NCBI GenBank assembly: GCA_973895155.1
Contig: OZ316898.1
Location: forward strand, 13,047,659 to 13,111,658
Direction of reading: 5' to 3'
Origin: Marsupella aquatica
Lineage: Eukaryota > Plantae > Marchantiophyta
Length of the DNA: 64,000 bases
The position numbers and the translations under genes are program-made. Positions 49,873-63,046 of the stretch are shown piece by piece. The notes below the pieces were generated by a model that was not told where the DNA came from, did no database searches, and saw only the letters and a program-made list of their open reading frames with translations. Numbering within the stretch: the stretch's first letter is position 1; every line of letters starts with the position of its first letter.

Positions 49873-52800
49873 TTTGTGCAACGCACAGGTATTGAGCTAG
49901 TTAATTATAAAATCTATCAGCAGAGATCGTAGATGAGCTGCCTCTCGATCATACCTCTTGCATACAATGTCGACAATGTGCTATCGAGACCTCTTGCATA
50001 GAATGTTGAGGATATCCTGCCGATAGCGCGACTGATGGGAGTGTGGGAGCCTGTATATATGTTTGAACAAGACAGAGTGTTCTACTCGTCTGTTTGTGGC
50101 CCGTCAAGCATCTGCTTATCTGGGTCGAGGCTGTTTACTAACAGAAATGGCAAACAGCAAATTCCCATGGCCAAAAGTAAAGGAATGCAAAATGAGCATA
50201 TCATAATTATGAGTTATGGGGACGTTGTTAAGATAGACTTTTAGTCACCAAAACCTAGGTTTAAGGTTCCCTATTGTCTTGATAGTTACAACATAGCCAC
50301 AACAATGCCATGGTCACAAGGACAACATTTTTGCAGCAAAAACACATTTATGGCAACAATAATTGTACCATGTACAGGGATGTGGTTGTATTCACATAAT
50401 AATACTCAGTTGTTTGCATTAACTATTACTTTAATTGTCCACATAAAGTTCTATCACTAATCCTTTCCGCAACAGTCACAATATCCCCGGTAGTGGTTAG
50501 TCTGAAGCTACTCGAAGACTTTGCATTTTTGCAAAATGCATTGAGACCAGAATACATCATTCTCTATTACATTGCCTTCACCGCTTCTACAGAGAATCAA
50601 CTCAGTCCATCACATTTATCACTGTGCGTTGCATTCCACTAACTAAAGAAAATATAAAAATATTCTCTATTCTTGCAAGAAACATACATATATTATATCA
50701 ATGAGTTAGTCATGTCATTGAAAGTTCAGTTCCTTTAAGCTCATTAGGGATCTCCTCCCTATAAATACCGTATTGACACTTTCCATCCAGGCTCATCCTG
50801 GAACTTAGTTATTTCACCCCTGGCTCTGACAAGCTGGGGAGGAAAAAACTAGCCATGCACAAGTGGAATACTCAATAAAGTGTTTTGCTACTCTCTTGGT
50901 TTATATAGCTCAACAATCAACTAACTGGAACGAGCATGAGTCTATGAGTGAATTGAGATGATTGCATCAAACAAATTAAAGGGTGATGCTGGTTTTATAA
51001 AAGATTGATTGAAAATTTCTGAAGCTCTCCAACTAGGCCTGTTAGAATTTAATTTTTCCAGTCACTCTCCCCACCCCCACCTCGCAGAGAAAACCTATGA
51101 TTGCTATGTTTCCTGTCTCCCCCTTCACAAACTTAAAAGCAGTCCTCCCATTTTTCTAAAAGGCCTGGACCTTCCTTTCAAAAACACACATTGGCCCCTA
51201 TCCCAAGGCTATCCCCCCAACAAGAGAAGGGAAAAAACCATTGTCCTTCCCCACTTATCCTCACTCTCCCTTCTAAATCCAAAACACAAAATAAATAAAA
51301 CCCCAAAGGGTTCCCCTCCTTTTTGCTCATGTTGGGAACAAAACAAACCAAAACAAAACAAAATGTACCCTCCTCCCTTTTGCAAGAAAGGAAAGAGGAG
51401 TGATGGGGTTAGAAGATTACTCGATCATTTGTACCTTCAGTCGGACTGCCTCCTTCCTTTGCTCAACTTTCTTTTGTATATATATATTGGGCTATATATG
51501 GACCCATATCGAGAGCTTCTCCAATCCAGTGACTTTAATGAAATGAGTCATGTCCACAACAATCCTATTTGAGGGTGAACATTCCATTTTTGATGCATTC
51601 CAAATGAAATACACACACACACACACACACATTCAAGCATCAGACCTTTGAGTTTGTGTTGAGCAAAGATGACATTCACAAATGGTATGTCCATGACCAT
51701 CAACAAGTTACAAGTAGTTGGCACACACATATGTGGTTCTGTCACCTTAGATGAAGCTATGTACTTGGGAAGTTCAACACACAATCTGAGCTTTATTACA
51801 CTCTAGGCCCATTGGTCATACCGAGTCTTCCTATCCCTCAACTGGCTCCGTAACGCCTGGGCACCCTCTCCATGTAAAAGAAGTGGACCCCCTGTGATCA
51901 TGACTTCTTTCTATTTACCCCTTCTTATTTCCATTTTACTATAAAAAAAAATCTTGTACGAGTAATGTAAGTTTATAATTATTAGTTCAAAATGAATAAA
52001 AAAATACCCTTTGAGAGTTTGCACATGCTCCACATATTAGTTAAGACTGAGGGCCCAAGGTCCGTAACAATGAGCTCGAGTTCCTCCCAACAAGCAAATA
52101 TTATCCACTTGTGTATATAGTGTGCAGCGCAACTAACCTAACCAAGTCTGTGACTAACTAAAGGTTACTTAGCCTTAGAGCTACGGCTATAGTCATAACT
52201 CTAGACCTAAGAGCGGGCCAGAGAGTAACTGCCTAACAGTTTGGACGTGAGAGGTTACACAAGTTTTCTGACAAGTCAAAATCCTCCTCCACAAAACAGA
52301 TATGGAATACACTCAATGAACATAAGAATTTCAATAATTAGTAGTTAGTTACCCTAATTAAATTAGAATACAACATAAGCTCAAGAAAAGTGAAAACTAA
52401 TTAGTGACTATAACTCAACTAAACATAAACTTGCAGCCTTAAATTTCTTTGCCTCTCCTGCATGTCCACTTACCCTGACCTTCCATCCATTTGTCCCCTC
52501 TCTCAGTCCCAACTCACAGTTTTCTTTTAGTTTCCCTTCAATCTCTTTCATGTGATTGGTTTGATAAGGGTCATCAAAAAGTTTAGGGAAGTCTGTTTTT
52601 CCTCAACTTTGTTTAGTAAATTCAAAATTGATGGAATAACCAACAAGACAGCCCTCACTGACTAAAATCAAAATCAAAATAATAACCAAATAAAAATGAG
52701 TTGGGGATTGAAATAGAGATGCGCCATATTGCATCATCAAGATATTCACCCGATATGCAGGTTACTTTGAGATGTGAGGTATTTGTAAGAAATCCAGACG

Positions 52801-54505
52801 CTGCCGTGCTGGTCAGGCATGGCTAGTCCAAACTTGACAACAAGGCTGGGTGGTAAAGAAGGAGGAAACGTCAGTATATAATTTCATTCCCTGTGTCCAG
52901 CACCAGCTGGAACAAATGTGCACTGGCTGGTGTACCCTGCCGTATCATAATTAAGTTGGTTAGTGCCAATGATAAATAATTATAAAATTTGTGCCCAACA
53001 TCACAATTTGACCTCCCGAACGCAATGGGCTGAAAAAATATCAGGGTGAGGAAATTATTTTCTAGACATGGTAGCCTGGGCATTTTTATTTCAGGTCAAA
53101 TACCCTTCACCAGGAAAAGGTGTTTTCTGCTGACATGGTTGCAAACATCTGATTTGGCTAGGCTGAGAAAACTCGTTGGTAAGGAAAATGGACACCGGCA
53201 AATGTCTAGAAGCAAGTAAAGCAAGGAAAATTAACTTTCCACAGTTGTTGAGAATCAATGACAAACCAAGTTAGCACTAAGGTAGTAATGTGACTCTATT
53301 ATAATCTTGACAGCATCAGTTGCACCAACTCGTATGTTTATTATTGTTGCCAACCATTTGCAGGGGAACTCAACTACCCTATTACATAGCTCCGGTGTTG
53401 CTAACTCCAACATTGAGCTCCTCTATGGTCCAGGCCTGAGATGGCCATCCGGAAGTGACTAAGCATGAGGAGACTTGAGAATAAGAAAGAGTAGAGAGCA
53501 AAGGCAAAACACTGAGCTAGAGTACAAGGGACCTGGACTGGTGTTAAGGGTTGGTCAGGTCACAAGATGGGCTGGGCTTGGGGTGGACCGTCCGGACCCC
53601 AAACATACTCTCAGTTTTGAGGGCTTAAGTGAGAGCTCTCTTGGGCCCAAGTGCAAAGAAGTTAGTTCATACAAAATGGATGTTTTATGCCTCAGAATGG
53701 ACATTGCTTGGGCGGAGCTGCCTGGGACCCCAACGGGCAATGAGACCTGAGGAGCGGGCACGAGCACCACAACGACCCGATCACAATGGGCTAAGGCACT
53801 TCACCTACGGACGTCTAACTATCAAGTTCTGGGCCTAGCAAGTTAAGTTTGTATGTAATCGACTTGGTTGGAGTCCTAGTGGGGGCCCAAAAATAGGGGA
53901 CCAAAGTTGTATTGAGGGTGACAAGAATCCAGAAGCATTTATGAGTGGAGTGGTGACTCAATGAGTGGAGTGGTGTCTCCCAATGAGTCACGCAAGCCCA
54001 AGTCGTGAAGTGCAATGGTCGCACTACTAAAGTGAAATGTCGAAAGTAAACTACAATATCTCCTCAACAAGAAATCAATTGGAGTATTCCTTGGGTGCTA
54101 GGCCCACTGGGTCTCCGTCTCCTGGTCGGCGGTTGTGTTCTTTTGCTCGGGTGATTGTGTCCCTTGCTTGCTATAAAGCTTTATTTCAACAACAACAAAA
54201 GTGTTTGTAAAATTGTACTTCTTGGGATGCTTGCTTGGGAGATTGTAGCCTATGATCCTCCACGTAGCATGCCCACAAAGCAAAAGCGAGGCTCCAGTGC
54301 TCTACTCTTGAGACTTCACTTACTCCACAGAGCACTCTGCAACCACAACTCCAGTCAATTTGAGTCCAGCGCTGAACATTGAGCTCCCAGAAAGAAAGAT
54401 TTGCTGCCCATTCCGCTCTTCTTTGACATCCCTCCCTTCCACTCCACTCCACTGACTCCACTCTAGTAGTAATAAATTTCTTCTAATTCATAGAGAGTGT
54501 CGCTC

Positions 54506-57500
54506 ATGAGCCTCACAGCCGGAGCTTCAGTACTGAGTCACAACATCCGCATTCTTGCTCCTACTTCTTCTTCATTATCTTCTCGGTACCCCTTGGCTGC
54601 TTCTCGTTGGTCGTCGTCCCGTAGATTTATCGGCTCTGGGTCTGTTTGGAGACGCCGGATTCGGCAGTTGCATGCACACATTGTTCCGGCTGCAGTGACT
54701 CGAGCCATGGCTAGCGGCACTGGCTCAGCATCCGAGCTCAGCAAGGTGGCCATCACGCGCAACGGAGATGGCGAAACGGTATGTGGTTTGTGTCTGTGCA
54801 CTCGTTCCTGCCCTTCTGGCTTGTCTCTGTCTGCGTCTTCTTTCTCCCTATTCTCTCTCTCCATCTCTCGGATATGGGTCGCTTTGTCATTATCTCTCTC
54901 TAAGCATCCATGCACTCTCCCTCTCTTGAGACTTATCGAATGAGAGAACATTTTATTTGGAGCTTGGAATGGAAATGTTCAGCTACTGCATGTCTCTTTG
55001 TTTCTCTACCAGGCTGTCCTTTGGTCCCTCATTGTCTCTCTGCTTTGGATCAGTGAAATTTGCCTTGGAAGCCTTTGTCCGGCAGTTTGTACAACCCTGG
55101 TTGTGTTCCATAGACACATGAATTCATGAATTCATTTGTATCTTTTCGCCTCTGTTTGCTCTATCTTCTTGATATCTGTGTGTGCTTCAGCTGAGTTTCC
55201 TTGTCACGTTCCTTTGTCTCCTATCTTGGCTTTCTGTCTCATCGCAATCTCCGCAGAAACGGCACTTGTCCGTGGAGTTGGGACTAATAATACTTTTTTT
55301 TCTGTGTCATGCATTTGGTATTATGCATTTCCTCTCGTCTTCTTGCACCTATGGGGTCTTTGTCTCTGCGTTAGTCTCCCTAACTTTTTCCTCGTTGATT
55401 TCTTGGATAACAATGACCATCTAATTGCAAAGAAGAGAAGCACAACCAGGGCGAGCAAGTAGAAAAACTTTGAGCATGAGTACTTACGGATAGTGTTGCA
55501 CTTGATAAGGAGTTACAGAGAAAGATGTTACGTTTACTATCTTGAACGTGAAGAGAGAAGTGAATCTCTCACCTCCGTCTCCGTAGAATACATGATAGAG
55601 GTACTTCATGTTTCTTGAGGGTCATGTTGATGGATAGTTTTGCACTTGATAGGGTTCACGGAGGATTCTGTCAGACCGTTGCTATGTATACAAACGTGGA
55701 CTAAGAGATGGAAGTGAATCTCTGTAGAATATGTGATACAGATACCTTATGTTGTAAGATCACGACAAAATGAAAGGCAACCTTCGTCATGTAGCTAACT
55801 TCGGCATGGCAAGCCCAACAGCCCTGCACTTGGTTCTGCCAGCTTAGCTTACGCTCGGTAAAAGCTCACAGCATATTTGTAGTTCCCCGAGTGTTTTGCT
55901 ACGATTGCTTCTCGGTCTTGCCTTAATTCCGGGCCACCCATTCCGGAGGTTTGGGTTAGACGCTTTCATGACTGAGCATTGTCCTCCATCGTGGGCTGCT
56001 TTGTTTCACCACGGAAGATGTTCTTTGTTACATAGAGTTCATTTCTTCAAGGCCAAAACAATACGGGGAGCCAGGTACCAAGCCCTGCAATGCTAGGGGC
56101 AAAGAGGTTAATGTACCCTGCGTTGTTTCCAAATTCAACGCTTGTCTAAATTTTTACAACGGTATTTCTTCCTCTCTTTCCCAAGACCTTTCCGTCGGAG
56201 CTTCGATTGTGGAATTCTTCTGCTTCACTTCAACTTTCAGACGAGTTTTGCATGCGACTTCTGCGGTGGGGAGCGTTTGTAATATCCTCAAGTGTGGAAA
56301 CTTATTCCTCCATACTATTCGAAGTTTTTGAAAAAACAAATCCGCACCCAAGTCATCAGATTTTCACCTTTAGCTAGCAATGCCCCATGATTTCACAGGC
56401 TGTGCAGCAGAACAACGTATTCCTCCTGTTGTTTTGTAGGATGCTTCATATCTTCCTCTGTGACTGGAAGAGCACACTGTTTTGCTGAATGAAAAGGTTG
56501 TCTGACTTGAAGGAACCTTTTTGTTCTGACTGGAGCACAACAGGTGTTCAATGCTTATGTGGTAGGAAGTCCGGGAGCGCCTGGAATCGTGGTGCTGCAA
56601 GAATGGTGGGGAGTTGATTTCGAAATCAAGAATCACGCTGTGGCTATTGCGAAGAAGGGTTATCGTGCCCTCATTCCAGAGTACGCTTCTTCCTATGGCT
56701 CCCGTATAGACAATCACCTCTCGGTCGTGTAATCATCAAGTCTGCCAGTGATGACCCCTCTGCCATCTGGGCCCACCTTTCCTACACTCAGTTATGGTTC
56801 TAATTCTGGACAGGGACATGCAAGATATTCTATTTTCTTTGGGAAGCTCGTCAATGGTCATCATTTTACGATATTTTTCTCCAGTCTATAGGAATGATGG
56901 TCAAAATCAGCAGCTCCAGTCATTGCTTATGCTCCAATCAGTATTCTTTTGCGGATGTTGATGTGATTTGGGGATCAATGTCTGCAGTCTGTATCGGGGA
57001 AAACTTGGGTTGGATGCTGCCGAAGCCCATCATCTCATGGAAGGCCTTGACTGGCCAGGTGCGGTGAAGGATATTGGGGCGTCCGTCAAATGGTTAAAAG
57101 AGGATGGCTCTCCAAAGGTAAGGCTCTGGAATGTTTCAGAGGTTTGGAAAATGGTGTCCCATCTAATACATGCACATATTGCTATTACCATTTTCTTTGC
57201 AAACTGTATGAGAGCTGGGAGGGTCTGCTGGAGAGATCTGTCGCTACAAGACTACCAGGTTCTGACTTCGTTATGATTTGCCAAAGGTGGGGGTAACAGG
57301 GTTTTGCATGGGCGGAGCCCTTACACTGGCCAGTTCCGTCCTAGTTCCCGGAGTTGATGCAGTGGTAGCCTTCTACGGAACTCCCGATCCTGGACTTGCA
57401 GACGTTTCTAAGGTCAAAGTCCCCGTCCAGGCGCACTTTGGCGAGAAGGATTCCATGAAGGGATTCTCTGACGTGGGGGTGAGTGTTGCCACCTCCTAAA

Positions 57501-58205
57501 TCGGGTCGTCTTACATCAAATGTGTCCATGATACCCTGAGTTGCTCCAGAATCATTGGTTGGTCAGCTACAAGATGTCAATTATGGCCTTATTGGTTCAT
57601 AATGACCTCCATTGGGTTGTTCAATTTACGACTAATATGATTGTGTTGTCGTGTTCTCAGTTGACGTCTTGTTGTTTACTTCTTGTTCTGGGTTGACAAT
57701 TTTGTGGGGGCCGGAGGCTTGTCATGCCCTGAGTTGGTTCAATAATCAAGTCCATTGGGCGCTCTGTTATTTACAATGTGGCGAATGGCAGGAACATTCC
57801 TAAGAGTAGTGATCTCCTTGTCAGATTTTAAAGTTGGTCAAGGTCAAGAAGTGCTTGTTTCAATTGAGACGAACACCTTGCGGTCCAGGGAAGTAGTTCC
57901 GAATAACGGGTGTCAGCGTTTTAATCATACTGCAGTCTGAGTAGAAACTTGACCTCATGATTCTAAGCGAAAGGTCCCTGATTTCTCTTTTGCAGACAGG
58001 AAATGCACTTGCAGAGAAGCTCAAAGCAGCAGGGGTCCCATCAGAAGTGTTCATATATCCAGGCCAGGGTCATGCTTTCATGAATAGCTCTGAAGAAGCA
58101 ATTAAGAGGAAAAAGGCAGTTGGTTTTGAGGAGCATGATCAGGGAGCAGTGGACCTTGCGTGGTCTCGCTTTGACGCCTGGTTTGACAAATATTTGAAAT
58201 CTTGA
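54506..58205 (+). CDS. Dienelactone hydrolase / carboxymethylenebutenolidase family protein with N-terminal organellar transit-like extension; 5 exons
   Basis: Exons 54506-54778, 56544-56680 (PGIVVLQEWWGVD), 56988-57117 (DLYRGK), 57287-57478 (VGVTGFCMGG nucleophile elbow, HFGEKD) and 57996-58205 (GHAFMN). All introns GT-AG and phases consistent. Confidence 0.93.
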
Positions 58206-59767
58206 AACCACTTCCTTTCCCTTCCGCCTGAGTCCCGGAGATGGGACGAGGGTGTCTGTACTGTGGAGGCCGAGTTTGATTGCTTCGATCAGTGGATTTT
58301 GTCTGTGATGGCGGATTTGGAGTGAGGCAAATCCAATTCTTAGACCCATGTACAAAGTTTTGGATGATGGGGTTTGTCCTTTATAGACTCAATAAGTAGA
58401 GATGGAGGTGGTGGTGTTTTCTGCTGCCCAAACGTCAAGCCCAACAAAGGTGAAGCGAACTTCGAAAGGGGGGATTGTGAATCTAAAGTTTAGCGAGGGT
58501 AACCTAACCCTTACGATGGCATTCTACACTTCCCTTCTTGCACTCGCTTTTGCGGCACAATGTGCGTCAATACTCAGGATTGAAAGTCTGCCGAGCTAAG
58601 TTTGAAGCAGATGAGTCTGGCTAAGATCTGTTTTTGTTTTTGGGTCTTGCAAGAATTTTTACTGCAGTGAGAGCAAGAAACTGGCCAATACTCTCTGGAT
58701 CACTGATATGACTGTAATACTTTGGAACATATATTCCGAAGCTTGTACATTCACGTGATTAGCATATTTTTCTTATTTTTCAAGTAAGAATACCGACGCA
58801 CACCCTCGCAAAACGCTTTAGTGTACTTGATAACAGATGATGTAGAGGACGCAGTTACTGTACCCGGGCAGGTGATCTGCAATCATCATACCCGCTGCCA
58901 CGCTTGCTGCTTCAAATGCGTTTGTCATGTAAAACCTTCTGGGTTTTCAGCTTTCAGTCTTTTGGTGGCTCCTAAGTTCTTGTCATTAAGAGTCCTAACT
59001 CATAGTTCATCGTTCTTTGGTCAACAAGTCCAGTACATGAAGACAAGGTGGATAGTTCGGGATCTGCCCATCCTTGAGGTTTGCGTCCTTTAGGTTTGGT
59101 TAAAGCAGTGTCTCTCGTTGCTCTCTCAAACTCAGATCTCATTGCAAAGAAAATCAAAGTACTGAATGCTGGATGCACGCATTGTATCAAGCAAGATGGA
59201 TATGATGGCTCTGGTTGATCCAGCGGACGAGTTCAGTGCAGCATACCTGAAACACTTTTGAGACGTGGGTTTGCACGCACATGTGGTTTCAGAACACGAA
59301 ATGAGTTGTCAAGATTCGTGAGGAAATATAAATAGGCAATTCAGAACGTAAGCCAGTCTTCTTAATCACAAAAATAAGACGAGATTCTCTGATACATAAC
59401 TGTGTTACCTTCACGCTTCTGGCTAATGGCAACAAAAGAAGGTTCACTCATGCATGGCTGGGTCATCTTCACTTTTCTTGCCTTCGCATGGCTTCAACCA
59501 GTCTCAAGATTGAACAGTGAGTGACAACTCTGAACCTATGTATATAAGATGTCTAGTCCAAAGTGTAGTCTAAAGAACTTCAAAATTGAAATTTTCGAGC
59601 CGGAGAAAATCAGTTTACTTCAAGTGAAACAATTGATGAGGCGAACGATGTAGCGATGATTTTTACGTAATATCTCATCTAACGGACAATAAAAAATTCA
59701 GAAGTTCACGAGCAACAACAAGAGAAGGACATTACGATGCCGGAATGAATGTCTCAGTGTCATAACC

Positions 59768-61648
59768 TCACGTCCTTAACAAACTTTTTAGTCTCTGTCC
59801 AACAGCCTGCCACATAGGCTGTTCTTTTCTCACGTTTGGAGCACTGATATCTCCAATTTCTTTTGTTTGGCTGTCAATCTTTGGCCTGATCAAGCCCCCT
59901 TCCCATCCATCCTTATGAGCCTCTGTTTCTGTATATGTTCCGCCCTCCACCGTTCTCTCACTCCAATCTGGACCATCCCATGACCTTTGTGTTGAATCTC
60001 TATCTAGCAATATTCTACCTCTATAGTTGGTGGCTAGGTTTGTGAAGTCATTTTCTGACGGTTCAGAGTCTTCACGACATCGACTGGCAAGCACAGCATC
60101 CGGATTCACTTCCTCAAAGACATTCCCATCCTCCAGCTTTGTAGCTTCACCCAACATTCTCCGGCGAGTTGGGCCTGTGAACCGAGGATCCAGAGATATG
60201 TGAGATTCGGCAATTCTTGCTCCTGCAAAGACAGGATCGCAGGTGTCCCGGGCATACTTGTTACAAGTCTCCTTCGAGCCGGCCAGGCATGCCATCATCT
60301 CTCTCTCCTCGCACGCTGCTCGTTCTCCTTCCCCCAACTCTACAAACTTCATGAAAACGAGGGCTTGCTTCCACCACGGTACTCGGCACAAATTCGCTGC
60401 ACTTATGGAGCAACCCATCCTCGCACCCATCTGCCATCACAGCCCAAAAGGTCAGTAACCTGTGTAACAGTCGGAAGAGTTCAGGGTGTAGGGTGTAGGG
60501 TGTAGGGTGCACTAATGGAGTCACCCGTTTGGCCTGTGCAGTCTCAGCTCAAGCCTGTTAGGCAGTTTCATTCGGAGCTAAGGCTTCCTGTAAGGGGTCA
60601 ATATTAGTGGAACAGACCATCGTGCGGTCCTGAGTACCACCACCTACAACGCTAGAAAGTTTAATGAAGGTTCTCTTAATTCTACCAGAACGAATTTGTG
60701 CACATCTAAAAGAATAGCGGAAAAGGTTACAGCACCTGCAGAATCCAAAGCAGAATCAAGGTTCATTCAATTCTGCCCTAACATTTTCACTTGCACTCCA
60801 AGTATTAGTGGAATCTGCAAAACAATTTCCTGTGGCCTGTTAATGAAGTCGAGAACGGGAAATGGTGGTGTTCAGTACCATCACTAGCAAAACTTATGAA
60901 GCATTCTTGACGGGGTTCACATAATTTTTTGTGCCCGTATGTTGTCACGCGAACCTCAGACAGCAAATACAACAGCACATGAGTGAATGGTGATCGTAAG
61001 TGTCACCGCCAACATGCTACAACAGCACATTGGCCACTGGTTTTAACCCTGTACTGATCGGAGAAGGTTTGCGGCATCTCTCTTTGATCACGGGTTATTA
61101 GATTTAATTGTTCCTCGTAATTTGTTAAAGGGTGTTTTAAGCGAAATTTTTGAACTTTATGATTCAGCCCCCGGAAAAGCATATAATGATTTTTTCTTCG
61201 ATAAAAATTGCTATTAGAGGCAGGCCTAAGCAAAAGAACAGTAAGTAGAAGATGGAAGTAAAGTTGAATTGAATGACTTAACTATTGCATGTAGACGAAC
61301 GACTTGTAGGACTAGTTCCTGTCGACTTGAGGCTCAATGGACAAATAGAGGGGAGATGGAAATGCCTGAGAAAGTGGGAGGAGGAAGGAACAAGGAGAAA
61401 TTGTGGGTGTTGCTCACCTCGCATTGATCGGAGATTTTTCCGTAGCACATCTGCAATGCCCTCCTCCAGGACTCGTCATCCTTCAAAGCCAGAAGCCATT
61501 GCCCCTTGGAGGGATCATCATTGACACCAGCGGGAACTGGAATTCTCAAAGGTGGAATTATTGGGTCGAAAGCCACAGTCGTCACGCCAGGCGAGAGGTT
61601 CATAGGGCCACCACCCGCAGGGGAAGCTTGCCCACCGTCGTTGCTCAT
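59768..61648 (-). CDS. Conserved plant uncharacterised Cys-containing protein, two exons (61648-61418, 60430-59768), ~297 aa
   Basis: Exon 1 ...[25 protein letters not shown]...KISDQCE|gtgag joins in frame to cag|[20 protein letters not shown]...[10 protein letters not shown]. Confidence 0.75.
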
Positions 61649-63046
61649 GCCTACCGATCAAACTACTTACTTACTCTACGTTTCCTCTAGTCAAAAATCT
61701 GAAGGCTCATCCCCAATTCTATCTCTGTTTGAAAGGCTAGAAGAACGCCAGATCCTGTAGCACTCACATCAAGAAGGTGAAGAGCGACATTCCTAATTTT
61801 TTTACTCAAACGCTACTTCAATCCCTCGAAGTGACGAGTCTTTGGGTTAGAACCCAAAACGACGGGGCTCGATGGAACCCACAGCAGAAATTGTTGGCTC
61901 CCAAGATCATGATCTGCGAAACAAACGTGAAGATGTCCATAAGCAAGGCCTTCGACCTCCGGCCGTTACTTTTATGTGTGGATTTCTTTCTCATGTCTAT
62001 GACTAGTAGGCACCACGAAAAAAAAGTCTTGTGGTTTTCTGTGTATTTTAAATTCTCTGTGCCCACTTGACGTCAATTATGACCCAACTTTGGACGTTCA
62101 GGTTCTGTTGCAGTGTCGGTCGTTTCACCCTCACAAATTCACCTGTGAAGTTATCCACAGATCAAATTTGCGCCGGAGCGGGGGAGATGTGGATCCTGGT
62201 GCAACTCATTAATTCATTCATTACCCCAAGTGAAATTTACCTTTTGGAGCTTTCCATTTCGTGGTGCTCTGTGCAGCACTCTCACCAGCTTGGGTTCTTG
62301 CCCTGTTTAAAACTATCACTATCTATCCTAGTGGAGAGTACCATGTGGAAGTTGATTTACCACATGTAGCTGTCCATAGACGTTCCTCGAGGAATTGTAA
62401 GACTCGTGTAGTAGAAATGTAGGTCCTTAGTCAAGCTGAAATGTGGGAAGCGTCAGGCACTCCTTGGGGGTCCATTAATGTGAGAAGAACGCATCGATCT
62501 GTGAGAGGATGGCAATTAAAAAATGTCCGATTGAGCAAAGAAGGAGAAGCAATTTGTATAATCAGCTTCTGTAAATGATGATGTGCGCACAAAAGCAAAA
62601 TTTACAAAACACACATGTCCACCCTTGACAAACCCTTCGGGCAGAACAATACACTAAGATTGGAAAGTGTGTGAACCTAAGCACTTTTTTATGGCACAAT
62701 TTGGCAGGCAGTGCATGCGTGTGGCAAAGTTGAAAACTTCGACTTTGACTTTGATCCTCGCTGCTTTTCTGAAATACCCGTTATGGTTCCCTTTTCTGTA
62801 AAGCCCCCTGTCGTTATTCAAGCAGGAAATCTTGGGATAGTTCGTTCTGTGCTTTACTTTTGAATGCATGGGCATATGAAAGGTAGGATTCACAAACACA
62901 GCTACAAGTTTCTCGCGTAGGAAATCGTCGAGGGGCTGATGCAAGGAAAAACTGGACATAAAATCAGACACTGCGAAGCCTTGCAAGTACATTGCAGATA
63001 GATCTTCCGTTAAATATGTACATCACTGCATCGTCCGGTTAACCCC

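Larger units (their letters stand above)
29826..49900 (+). mobile_element. Non-autonomous Helitron (~1.56 kb once nested insertions are removed)
   Basis: 5' end A|TCTACTACTATAA at 29826. 3' end hairpin TGTGC-AAC-GCACA followed by GGTATTGAGCTAG|T at 49900. A|T insertion site, no TSD, internal minisatellite. Confidence 0.75.

Noticed and set aside
49366-49900. ORFs with TTSWPT repeats
   Set aside because: They are translations of the Helitron-internal minisatellite.
50280-50495. Possible CACTA end (reverse complement CACTACCGGGGA)
   Set aside because: No matching opposite terminus or 3-bp TSD found.
51009-51572. 187-aa ORF
   Set aside because: Non-ATG start and C/A-rich low-complexity sequence; probably a repeat remnant.
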